Made by a program: the position numbers and the translations under genes | Shown: positions 17,008-25,159 of the stretch, one piece after another | Numbering within the stretch: the stretch's first letter is position 1 | Layout of the letters: the number at the start of each line of letters is the position of its first letter | Assembly: GCA_045116915.1 (NCBI GenBank) | Contig: JBGUMQ010000035.1 | Location: forward strand, 2,242 to 66,241 | Length of the DNA: 64,000 nucleotides | Direction: 5' to 3' | DNA from: Sphaerochaetaceae bacterium | GTDB taxonomy: Bacteria; Spirochaetota; Spirochaetia; Sphaerochaetales; Sphaerochaetaceae | The notes under the pieces: model-generated | Databases searched by the model: none | What the model was told of the DNA's origin: nothing | Seen by the model: the letters and a program-made list of their open reading frames with translations, nothing else

Positions 17008-17774
17008 GCAGCGTACTTAAATGCGAGCACCTCAGGGTGGTTTTCTGCGGTCTTGCCGCAGTAAGCGATTTCAACATCGAGGTCGGTGAGAACCAGATCG
17101 TCGGTCTGATCGGCCCCAACGGCGCCGGAAAGACAACCGTGTTCAACCTCCTCACCGGTGTCTACGTGCCCACCAGCGGGGTCGTGATGCTCAATGAGAA
17201 GGACCTTGCGGGGATGAACACGATAGCCCGCAGCCACGCGGGAATCGCAAGGACATTCCAGAACATCAGGCTGTTCAAGGACATGAGCGTGATCGACAAC
17301 GTCATGAACAGCTTCAATCCCAGGATGAAGTACTCCATGTTCGAGGCTTTCCTGCGCCTTCCCAGATACTGGAAGGAGGAGAAGGAGGCACGAAAGCGTG
17401 CCATGAAGCTCCTGCATGTGTTCAACATGGAGGACCTTGCACAGGAGAAGGCGGGCAACCTGCCTTACGGATCGCAGAGGCGTCTTGAGATCATCAGGGC
17501 CCTGGCCACGAACCCCAAGCTCCTGCTTCTGGACGAGCCCGCGGCCGGAATGAACCCTGCCGAGACGGACAACCTCATGGAGACGATCGGCAAGATCAGG
17601 GACCAGTTCCACATCTCGATCCTCCTGATCGAGCACGACATGAGCCTTGTCATGGGAATCTGCGAGAAGATCACCGTCCTGAACTTCGGTGAGGTCATTG
17701 CACAGGGGACACCGGAGGAGATTCAGAAGAACCCGGTGGTTATCGAGGCATATCTCGGAAAGAAGAGGGACTAA
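17004..17774 (+). CDS. livG: Branched-chain amino acid ABC transporter ATP-binding protein
   Basis: Walker A GPNGAGKTT, signature YGSQRRLEI and Walker B LLLLDEP. The start overlaps the livM stop. Confidence 0.9.
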   Translation: MSSVLKCEHLRVVFCGLAAVSDFNIEVGENQIVGLIGPNGAGKTTVFNLLTGVYVPTSGVVMLNEKDLAGMNTIARSHAGIARTFQNIRLFKDMSVIDNVMNSFNPRMKYSMFEAFLRLPRYWKEEKEARKRAMKLLHVFNMEDLAQEKAGNLPYGSQRRLEIIRALATNPKLLLLDEPAAGMNPAETDNLMETIGKIRDQFHISILLIEHDMSLVMGICEKITVLNFGEVIAQGTPEEIQKNPVVIEAYLGKKRD

Positions 17775-18484
17775 TGGGCAACATTCTCAACGTGAACAAC
17801 ATCAATGTCTACTACGGTGCCATCCATGCCATCAAGGACATCTCCTTCACTGTCGACGAGGGCGAGATCGTCACTCTCATCGGTGCCAACGGCGCAGGCA
17901 AGTCCACGACTCTGAACACGATATCGGGCCTTCTTCGCACGAAGACGGGCGACATAGAGTTCATGGGCTCCTCCATCGCCAAGATGGCTCCCAACAAGGT
18001 CGTTGAGCACGGTCTTGTCATGGTTCCTGAGGGGAGGAGGATCTTCCTGGGCCTCACGGTAGAGGAAAACCTGGAGATGGGTGCATATACACGGCCGAAG
18101 TCGGAAATAAAGTCGAGCATGGAAGAGGTCTACGAGCTTTTTCCCAGGCTCAGGGAGAGACGCACGCAGATCGGCGGAACCCTGTCCGGAGGAGAGCAGC
18201 AGATGCTCGCCATGGGACGCGCACTGATGGCCAAGCCCAAGCTCATCATGCTGGACGAGCCTTCCATGGGTCTTGCCCCGCTTCTGGTCGACCTGATCTT
18301 CGAGATCATCGCCGACCTTCACAAGGCCGGTTCGACGATCCTTCTGGTCGAGCAGAACGCACAGGCCGCGCTGTCGATCGCAGACAGGGCCTATGTGCTT
18401 GAGACGGGCAGGATCATCAAGACGGGCCTGGGCTCGGAGCTGATTTCGGACCCGGATATCAAAAAAGCGTATCTCGGAGCCTGA
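17774..18484 (+). CDS. livF: Branched-chain amino acid ABC transporter ATP-binding protein
   Basis: Walker A GANGAGKST, LSGGEQQML and LIMLDEPS. The start forms a TAATG overlap with livG. Confidence 0.9.
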   Translation: MGNILNVNNINVYYGAIHAIKDISFTVDEGEIVTLIGANGAGKSTTLNTISGLLRTKTGDIEFMGSSIAKMAPNKVVEHGLVMVPEGRRIFLGLTVEENLEMGAYTRPKSEIKSSMEEVYELFPRLRERRTQIGGTLSGGEQQMLAMGRALMAKPKLIMLDEPSMGLAPLLVDLIFEIIADLHKAGSTILLVEQNAQAALSIADRAYVLETGRIIKTGLGSELISDPDIKKAYLGA

Positions 18485-18534
18485 GAACCGTAGTATCATT
18501 TGATTATTGAAGAAGACAATCGGAGGACAGATAT

Positions 18535-19176
18535 ATGATTATCGCAGACAGAATGAAGAAGAATCCGGTGACCGCCACACCCGACATGAGCATTTCGGAG
18601 GCATCGGCCAAGATGAAGGCGGAAAAGGTCCACAGGCTTCCCGTCCTTGACGACGAGAAGAACCTTGTCGGCGTGATTTCCGAGAAGGACATCATGCTCG
18701 CGGCCCCGTCGCCGGCATCGACGCTCAGCACATACGAGATCAACTATCTGCTCTCCAGGCTCAAGGTGAAGAACATCATGAGCCGCAATCCCGTGACGAT
18801 CTCCAGCGACACGACGATCGAGGAAGCCGTCAAGCTGATGGTCGAGAACGACCTTTCCTGCCTGCCTGTCATGGACAACGGCTTCCTTTCCGGCATCGTC
18901 TCCAAGAGCGACCTGTTCAAGATCCTTCTTGAGATGCTGGGCGACAAGCACACCGGTGTCCGCGTCGAGGCTCTTGTGGAGGATAAGGTGGGCGTTGTTG
19001 CAGGCCTTTCCGACAAGTTCACGTCCGCAGGCATCAACATCATCTCACTGGGAACCCTGGAAGGTCCGGATGCATCGCTCAGGGTCCTTACATTCAAGCT
19101 GGACAACTGCACGGAGGACCAGGTCCGCAAGATCATCGAGCCTGTCGCCAGGAGCTTTGACATCAGGACTGTCTGA
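18535..19176 (+). CDS. CBS-pair plus ACT domain protein (AcuB-like)
   Basis: Two CBS motifs (..VHRLPVLDDEKNLVGVISEKDI.. and ..LSCLPVMDNGFLSGIVSKSDL..) are followed by an ACT-like VRVEALVEDKVGVVAGLSDKFTSAGINIISL. Confidence 0.75.
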   Translation: MIIADRMKKNPVTATPDMSISEASAKMKAEKVHRLPVLDDEKNLVGVISEKDIMLAAPSPASTLSTYEINYLLSRLKVKNIMSRNPVTISSDTTIEEAVKLMVENDLSCLPVMDNGFLSGIVSKSDLFKILLEMLGDKHTGVRVEALVEDKVGVVAGLSDKFTSAGINIISLGTLEGPDASLRVLTFKLDNCTEDQVRKIIEPVARSFDIRTV

Positions 19177-19202
19177 CGCGGCTAGCGGTTTGTTTGAATT
19201 GA

Positions 19203-19249
19203 ACCCCTGAGGATGGATACTTGAAAGTGTTCACTGTCAGGGGTTTTAT
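19203..19249 (+). terminator. Terminator closing the liv/CBS-ACT operon
   Basis: aacccctga (19203-19211) pairs with tcaggggtt (19237-19245), followed by TTTAT. The loop is long (25 nt). Confidence 0.5.
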
Positions 19250-19263
19250 ATGCGCATCTGTAT

Positions 19264-19354
19264 TACCGAACGGGAAATTTTCGACTAGAGTTGCTATTAC
19301 ATTCCCGTTCGGTAAAAAAGATGGTGTTTTGTGTTGATTATTCCCGCTCGGTAT
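19264..19354. promoter_or_regulatory. Three copies of a 14-nt motif TTCCCG(T/C)TCGGTA(A/T), a putative HipB operator array
   Basis: Copy A at 19264-19277 is the exact reverse complement of copy B at 19302-19315. Copy C at 19341-19354 matches 12 of 14 positions and overlaps a TATTAT -10-like element just upstream of the hipB ATG. Confidence 0.45.
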
Positions 19355-19368
19355 TATAAGCTTTCCAC

Positions 19369-19581
19369 ATGAGCAGAATCACCGATACGAAGGAACTTGG
19401 CAAGTTGATCAGATCCCGCCGCAAGGAGAGGGGTTTGACACAGTCTGAACTTGCGATGTACTGCAACACCGGAATCAGGTTCATATCGGACTTGGAAAAC
19501 GGGAAGCCCACCATGCAGGTGTCGAAGGTCATCACTGTCCTTTCGATGCTGGCTTTGGATATCTATGTGGAGGAGCGGTGA
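19369..19581 (+). CDS. hipB: XRE-family HTH antitoxin, HipB-like
   Basis: 70 aa. LGKLIRSRRKERGLTQSELAMYCNTGIRFISDLENGK is a Cro/C1 HTH. The stop overlaps the hipA start (ATGA). Confidence 0.8.
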   Translation: MSRITDTKELGKLIRSRRKERGLTQSELAMYCNTGIRFISDLENGKPTMQVSKVITVLSMLALDIYVEER

Positions 19582-20768
19582 TGAGACTCAAGGTTTTCCA
19601 TGAAGGAATTCATATCGGCAATCTCGATACGACAGCCCGGAAGGGAATAGAGTTCTCATACACTTCTGATGCTGTTTCTCCCATCTCCATCAGCATGACG
19701 GATCTGAACCGCGTTTATTCCGAAAAGGAATGTCTTCCGTTTTTCGAAGGATTGTTGCCGGAAGGCGAGATACGGAGGCAGATTGCGGAATTCGCACATG
19801 TTCCGGCGACGAGTGTGATGAAGCTTCTGGAACGCTACGGTGCGGATATCGCCGGTGCTCTCGTCATAGCGGAAGAAGAAACCGATTCCGATGACTCATC
19901 AGGATATGAACCCATTTCGACCGGTGAGATAAGCCGCAGGATATCGCAGAAATCAAGGATTCCCATGATAGTCTCGGGAGAGAGGATCCGTTTGTCCCTT
20001 GCCGGAGCGGAGAACAAGATTCCTGTCCTCTACAGGGACGGGGAGTTCCTGCTTCCGTTCGGGAAGGCCGCCTCCAGCCACATCATCAAGGCAACAGATG
20101 AGTTCGTGGAGAATGAGTATATCTGCAACAGGCTTGCTTTCCATTCCGGACTCAGTGTTCCGGAAATGGAGATTTCGTTGTTCGAAGGAAAACAAGCCCT
20201 GCTGATCAGGAGATTCGACAGGACGATGGACAGTGATGGAAATGTCTGCAGGCTGCATCAGGAGGACTTCTGCCAGGCCCTGGGTTTCATGTCAGGGAAC
20301 AAATACGAGGAGAACGGAGGGCCAGGACTCCAGGCATCCATGCAGTTGATACGGAACTACAGTGACGACCCCGTAACGGATTCCGTCAGATTCCTTGAAA
20401 TGGCGGTTTTCAACTACATGATCGGCAACTGTGATGCCCATGCCAAGAACTTCTCAATGCTGTATGACAGGGATCTGAAGAGAAAGCATCTTGCACCCTT
20501 TTATGATGTCGTGTGCTCTTCAATCTATGAACAGTTTGACAGGTCCCTGGCTATGAAAGTGGGCAGTCATAGGGATCTAGACCGCATTTCCGTATCCGAT
20601 TTCGAAGGCATTGCATCCAGAAGACTAGCGGATGAGGCCTTGGACCATCTTATCTCTGCATTCCCGTCTGCCATAGAGGCTGTCGGAAACGAACTGGACA
20701 ATCACATGCATCCTCTACTGGAGAAAATCGTATCCGATGCCGAATCAAGGATTACCAGGCTTTCCTGA
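19578..20768 (+). CDS. hipA: HipA-family serine/threonine kinase toxin
   Basis: 396 aa with an N-terminal couple_hipA-like region. The catalytic-loop motif GNCDAHAKNFSMLY matches HipA GNxDxHxKNxS. Confidence 0.85.
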   Translation: MMRLKVFHEGIHIGNLDTTARKGIEFSYTSDAVSPISISMTDLNRVYSEKECLPFFEGLLPEGEIRRQIAEFAHVPATSVMKLLERYGADIAGALVIAEEETDSDDSSGYEPISTGEISRRISQKSRIPMIVSGERIRLSLAGAENKIPVLYRDGEFLLPFGKAASSHIIKATDEFVENEYICNRLAFHSGLSVPEMEISLFEGKQALLIRRFDRTMDSDGNVCRLHQEDFCQALGFMSGNKYEENGGPGLQASMQLIRNYSDDPVTDSVRFLEMAVFNYMIGNCDAHAKNFSMLYDRDLKRKHLAPFYDVVCSSIYEQFDRSLAMKVGSHRDLDRISVSDFEGIASRRLADEALDHLISAFPSAIEAVGNELDNHMHPLLEKIVSDAESRITRLS

Positions 20769-20804
20769 GCTTTGAGACATAAACTTTTTTTCTATTTCTG
20801 AAGA

Positions 20805-20827
20805 AAAGTTTGGATTTTCCAAACTTT
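20805..20827. terminator. AT-rich perfect hairpin between the convergent hipA and fic genes
   Basis: aaagtttgga (20805-20814), loop ttt, tccaaacttt (20818-27). There is no strong U tract on either side. Confidence 0.3.
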
Positions 20828-20896
20828 GTCTCGATTTCTGAATAATAGTTTGTCTGCCTGAGACTCAAGAGTCAGAAGAGAAGGGAAGGTTGCTAC

Positions 20897-21826
20897 TTAG
20901 ACCGGGATGTCGAACTTCCTCAGCATTGTTGCAAATGTATCCTGACCGTCGAGGCATGTGTCCCTGAGCCAGTTCTTCTCGTTCCGCCATTCGGAGAGGC
21001 CTTTGTAGTAGAAAGACTTCTTGCCGTCCTCGATGAGGAAGGGGATTATGTTGTGTCTGAGGCATTCTTTCAATACAATCAGCCGTCCGACCCTGCCGTT
21101 TCCATCCTGAAACGGGTGGATCAGTTCGAATTCCGCGTGGAAGGCGATGATGTCGTCCACAGTGATGTTTTCCTTTGAATTGTAATCGGAAAGCAACTCT
21201 TCCATGTGGGCATGGACCTCCGACGGCTTGGATGTCTCCCTGCCACCGACAACGTTCGGACGTTTCTTATAGTCACCGACAGCGAACCAGGGAAGAGTGG
21301 AATCCTTTGTATCGTGCTTCAGGATGAAATGGATTTCCTTGATGATTTTCTCTGTCAGCTCATCTTCTGCAACATCTATCACATAATCGATTGCACGGAA
21401 ATGATGTACGGTCTCCATGATGTCATCAACGGGAATACCTTCGCCGGAACCGATGGTTCTGGTTTCGAATATCATCCGTGTCTGATCCTCTGTGAGCATG
21501 CTTCCCTCTATATGATTCGAGTTGTATGTCATACGGATCTGCAGTTCATGATACAGACCGCCTGAGATTCCGTGGTTCTTCTCGTCTCTGAGTTGCTGCA
21601 GGATTATGTTTCCGGATACTTTCCGAACAAGCCTGTCCGGGGATTCTCCGAGATAGTCAGCTATCTTCTGGATGGTTGCAGAAGAAAGGTGTTCTCCTTT
21701 TGCGATCTTTGCGACAGTACGACTAGATAATCCCAATCCTGTTACGAGTTCGGTTTTTCCCATTCCTCTGTCCATCAGTACTTTTTCAAGGCCTTCATAT
21801 GAAATCATCCGCATGCTCCGAAACAT
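20897..21826 (-). CDS. Fic-domain protein (AMPylase family) with N-terminal XRE-type HTH and class II auto-inhibitory motif
   Basis: Fic motif HPFQDGNGRVGR, inhibitory helix SNHIEG ((S/T)xxxE(G/N)) and N-terminal HTH GKTELVTGLGLSSRTVAKIAKGE. The true start is probably at 21814 or 21808 (MRMISYEG; GGAG upstream). Confidence 0.85.
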   Translation of the reverse strand: MFRSMRMISYEGLEKVLMDRGMGKTELVTGLGLSSRTVAKIAKGEHLSSATIQKIADYLGESPDRLVRKVSGNIILQQLRDEKNHGISGGLYHELQIRMTYNSNHIEGSMLTEDQTRMIFETRTIGSGEGIPVDDIMETVHHFRAIDYVIDVAEDELTEKIIKEIHFILKHDTKDSTLPWFAVGDYKKRPNVVGGRETSKPSEVHAHMEELLSDYNSKENITVDDIIAFHAEFELIHPFQDGNGRVGRLIVLKECLRHNIIPFLIEDGKKSFYYKGLSEWRNEKNWLRDTCLDGQDTFATMLRKFDIPV

Positions 21827-21827
21827 T

Positions 21828-21871
21828 TATCTTTACTTTATGATAACAATGACGGTAAAAAAGTAAAGATA
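21828..21871. promoter_or_regulatory. 12-bp perfect inverted repeat directly upstream of fic
   Basis: tatctttacttt (21828-21839) and aaagtaaagata (21860-21871), separated by a 20-nt spacer. Confidence 0.4.
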
Positions 21872-21878
21872 TAAGGTG

Positions 21879-21922
21879 CAAAAAAACCGCACCTGATACC
21901 ACCAGGTGCGGTCTTTCATTTT
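21879..21922 (-). terminator. Strong intrinsic terminator; bidirectional architecture, strongest on the minus strand
   Basis: A 10-bp GC-rich stem pairs accgcacctg (21886-95) with caggtgcggt (21903-12) around a 7-nt loop. An A7 run on the plus-strand 5' side gives U7 after the hairpin on the minus strand. Confidence 0.7.
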
Positions 21923-21925
21923 ATA

Positions 21926-22553
21926 ATGAAAACCAATCTTGAGGCATCAACCGTATATCGGTCAAGCTCACTCATATGATACATCAAACACGGGTTTTGT
22001 CAAATGTTGAAAGACTTCCGGGATGGGAATTTCCTTGTGGCAGAAATCGGGGCGGACAGATAGAGATATATTGTTTTGATATTATACAAATATTGAACAA
22101 CTATTATTACGCAATTTGTTCGATATAATACAGCTATTATTACGATATTATTCAGGACAAGCGCACCGGTTGTATCTTTGACTCTGTTCTCAATGGCAAA
22201 TCCTCAACGCGCATACTAATATACGCCAATCCTGATGTCGAGTCATTTTACTATATTGATTTGCAATCAGTGGTTGATGAATCCTATCTAAGAAACCTTC
22301 AAGAAAAGAATCAACAGAGCGTGTCCATTCGAATACCTTTTGATAAGAGAGCCAGTAATACAAATTTCGATTCTTTTACCACTTTGCTAAACAGTTACTA
22401 TCATTAATCTCATGGTTATTGTTTCGGAAAGCGGTTTTATCCAGATGTTGCCGCATCAGAATTCAAATACCATGCGCTACAGTCCATATTACAGACTGTT
22501 GTTTTACAGAGAATGAACGAAGAGCCCTTGTGCATCGGGCTATGGGGCAGGGG
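21926..22553. other. AT-rich ORF-free segment (compositional island / possible unannotated transcript or gene relic)
   Basis: No ORF of 60 aa or more occurs in any frame. I counted 13 G+C in the 60 nt at 22081-22140. An 11-nt direct repeat ctattattacg occurs at 22101 and 22134. The segment lies between the stop of the GT8 operon and the strong terminator. Confidence 0.5.
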
Positions 22554-24326
22554 TCAGTCGATTTCGGGCATGCCGATGTAGCTGAGTTTGGTCTGGTATT
22601 CGCGCTCGTAGATGCCGCGCCAGATGTCGCTGTTGCGCTGCATGAGGTTTTCTATCCGGTCGCGGTAGCCTAGGCTGTGGTCGGGATAGATGGGCTCGGG
22701 GATGTGGATGGTGTACTCCTGGATGGGGAAGCCGGTCTCGTCGAGCTGCTCGGAGTCCTTCATGGTGATGAAGCAGGGGAGGACGGGGACATCGGCCTTG
22801 CAGGCGAACACGTAGGCGCCGCGCTTGAGGGGCTTGGGCTTGCGGTAGTTCCACCACATGCTCTGCTCGGGGTATACCAGGACGAAGTTGCCTTCCCTGA
22901 GGAGCGTCGTGGTGGCGTCGAAGAACTTCTTCATGGTCTCGAGGTTGGATGAGAGGGGCAGCGTGTTGCAGTGTCTCATCAGAAAGCCGTAGAAGCCGGG
23001 GAAGTTGGTGTAGTTGCCTTCCCTGATGACGCGGTAGAAGGTCCTCTTGGGCTGGTCGGCGGCCTCGTATGCCAGCTGGATGGCGAAGCTGTCGAATGCA
23101 TTGAAATGGTTGCAGGTGATCAGGGCGCCGCTGTTCAGGTTCCTGAAGTTCTCTATGCCGCGGATCTCCTTGATGATGAGTTTCCTGTCCCTGATGAGGT
23201 TGTCGACCAGCTTGTGGGCGAGCTTGAAGGCGACTTTCGTCTTTGCCTTCTCCCTGATGCCCCTGTTGAGGTAGTCGATGTCATCCGGCATGAGCACGGG
23301 TGCGGGCGGGTCGTCCTCGACATCCTCGTCGAAACGGCCTGCGCGCTCGTACTCCTTGATCTTCTGCAGGATGGCGATCCTGTCGGCGGAGTGGCGCCTG
23401 TTCATTATGCTGACATAGTTGTCTTCCTTGTTGGTCTCCCTGACGGCAAGGTTCAGCAGGTTGGCGTAGCCTTCCTTGTCCCTGGCCTTCTGCTCGTCGG
23501 TATAGCTGTGGAGGTCATCCAGGATGTCGTCGTAGACCCATGTCATCTTGGCGTAGGAATAGAAGATGTCGGCATGGGGGCAGGTCTCGTAGTGCCAGGG
23601 CTTGTTGAACATGATGTAGTGAAGGACCTTGGCTTCCTCTATGGGATAGGGGATGTCACCGAAGATCTCGGTGTTCCATCTCTGGTCCAAAAAGAGCACA
23701 TGGTCCTTGCAGAGCAGGTTGAGGTAGTCCTCGTCCTGCGTGACGACGCAGTCGTAGACCTGCAGGGTCTGGATGAACCTGTCCAGGACGTTGCGCTTGC
23801 GGAATTCGTCGCAGTTCAGTAGCAACACTCCGGCGTTGAAGTAGAGGTTGCGGTCGAGGCCCAGGCACTTCTCCACGTATGTGCCGTACTCGTCCACCTG
23901 GACCATGGCCTGCTCGTGGCAGGCGCCCAGGATGAAGCCCGTGACATCGGTGTTGAAGAGCTCTGCCACATCGCCGCGGACGATGGTGTCGCTGTCGATG
24001 TAGATGGCCTTGTCGTATTCCGGATGCATGTCGGCTATGAAGAGCCTGAAGTATGTGGTCTTGGAATAGTAGTCCCTGAGCGGGAACTTGTGCGCGATGG
24101 TCTCCAGATAGGGCGTGACGTTCTGGAACTCGATCTCGAATCCCGGACGCTCCAGCATTGTCCTGACCTGGGTCTTGCTCTCGTCGGTCACGTCGGTGTG
24201 GAGGAAATAGATCCTGTATGTGCAGTCGCTCTTGGCGTTCTCCCTGAGTGAATAGAGCGATACTATTCCGTATTTGAGGAAACGCTCGTCGAGGGCATAG
24301 AATATCGGGATTATCTGGCGGGTCAT
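22554..24326 (-). CDS. Fusion protein: N-terminal GT8 glycosyltransferase plus C-terminal PlsC/LPLAT-type acyltransferase
   Basis: GT8 features are IPIFYALDERFLKYG, the DxD in IYIDSDTIV, and NAGVLLLN. Acyltransferase features are HX4D (NHFNAFD) and VLVYPEQS. Confidence 0.75.
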   Translation of the reverse strand: MTRQIIPIFYALDERFLKYGIVSLYSLRENAKSDCTYRIYFLHTDVTDESKTQVRTMLERPGFEIEFQNVTPYLETIAHKFPLRDYYSKTTYFRLFIADMHPEYDKAIYIDSDTIVRGDVAELFNTDVTGFILGACHEQAMVQVDEYGTYVEKCLGLDRNLYFNAGVLLLNCDEFRKRNVLDRFIQTLQVYDCVVTQDEDYLNLLCKDHVLFLDQRWNTEIFGDIPYPIEEAKVLHYIMFNKPWHYETCPHADIFYSYAKMTWVYDDILDDLHSYTDEQKARDKEGYANLLNLAVRETNKEDNYVSIMNRRHSADRIAILQKIKEYERAGRFDEDVEDDPPAPVLMPDDIDYLNRGIREKAKTKVAFKLAHKLVDNLIRDRKLIIKEIRGIENFRNLNSGALITCNHFNAFDSFAIQLAYEAADQPKRTFYRVIREGNYTNFPGFYGFLMRHCNTLPLSSNLETMKKFFDATTTLLREGNFVLVYPEQSMWWNYRKPKPLKRGAYVFACKADVPVLPCFITMKDSEQLDETGFPIQEYTIHIPEPIYPDHSLGYRDRIENLMQRNSDIWRGIYEREYQTKLSYIGMPEID

Positions 24327-25159
24327 GTGCTGGACTCCTTCAGGAATTTGTCTTTGAGCTCAAGGTACTCGTCCAGTATGTCGTCGAACTGGTGGTAGCC
24401 GAATACCTTGTGCACCCTGTCCACGTGCCACTGCTTGATGTTGTCGGTATGCGGATAGGGAAGGTAGAACAGGCGCTTGGAGAAATGGCGCACGACCGTG
24501 TGCGGATGCAGGAACTTCTGGTCGTTGAACCTCTGGGGAAGCATCTTCTTCCTTGTGGTGGACCTGATGAGGGCGCTCTGGTCGGCGAAGGTCAGCTTCT
24601 TGCGCTTTATCCACGCGCGGGCCTTGTCGAACAGTCCTGTCCTGCGGCATTCCTTCATGTTGAAGAGTATCACGCCTGCATTGATGTAGTTGGGATTGAG
24701 TATGTACTTGCCGTAATGGTCACGGGCGGCCGCATACTCGTAGCCTTCGATGTCGATGTCGTAGAGAAGGTGGACATCGCGCTGGAAGAGAAGGTCGATG
24801 TCCAGATACAGCAGCTTGTCGGGCATTCCGTCGACGAGGTCGGCGAACAGCCTGATGAGCGTGTAGGGAGAGCAGTACGCACCTTCGTTCGGGCAGCCGG
24901 AGAAATGCTCCATGTAGAGGTCGGTCACATCAACGAGCCTGACGCTGTTCTCCGGGTTGTATGCCTTCACCGTCTTCTCGAGGAACGATGCCTGCTCCTG
25001 TGTGATGGGCAGGTAGTTGTCCTTGAGGTGCGACACGTCCATTGTGAACAGATGGAAGAGGAAAGGCTCCTTCGAAGCCGTTCTCTTGACAAGTGAGAGC
25101 GCTGTGGTGAGCATTCCGTCGAATACCCCTATGTTTCCGCAGAACAGGATGTCAACCAT
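24323..25159 (-). CDS. GT8 family glycosyltransferase
   Basis: 278 aa. The DxD lies in LYLDIDLLF, and NAGVILFN is present. Both ends overlap neighbouring genes by 4-8 nt, indicating an operon. Confidence 0.8.
   Translation of the reverse strand: MVDILFCGNIGVFDGMLTTALSLVKRTASKEPFLFHLFTMDVSHLKDNYLPITQEQASFLEKTVKAYNPENSVRLVDVTDLYMEHFSGCPNEGAYCSPYTLIRLFADLVDGMPDKLLYLDIDLLFQRDVHLLYDIDIEGYEYAAARDHYGKYILNPNYINAGVILFNMKECRRTGLFDKARAWIKRKKLTFADQSALIRSTTRKKMLPQRFNDQKFLHPHTVVRHFSKRLFYLPYPHTDNIKQWHVDRVHKVFGYHQFDDILDEYLELKDKFLKESST

Noticed and set aside
19264-19315. The 14-bp inverted repeat upstream of hipB read as a transcription terminator for the preceding operon.
   Set aside because: No U tract follows it on either strand, a separate terminator already lies at 19203-19249, and a third direct copy overlaps the hipB promoter. 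An operator array fits better.
22189-22374. A minus-strand open frame of about 61 codons in the AT-rich region, considered as a real gene or annotated pseudogene.
   Set aside because: It has no start codon with a Shine-Dalgarno, and only a vague resemblance to anything I can recall. The evidence is insufficient to call a CDS or pseudogene, so it is mentioned only as a possible relic.
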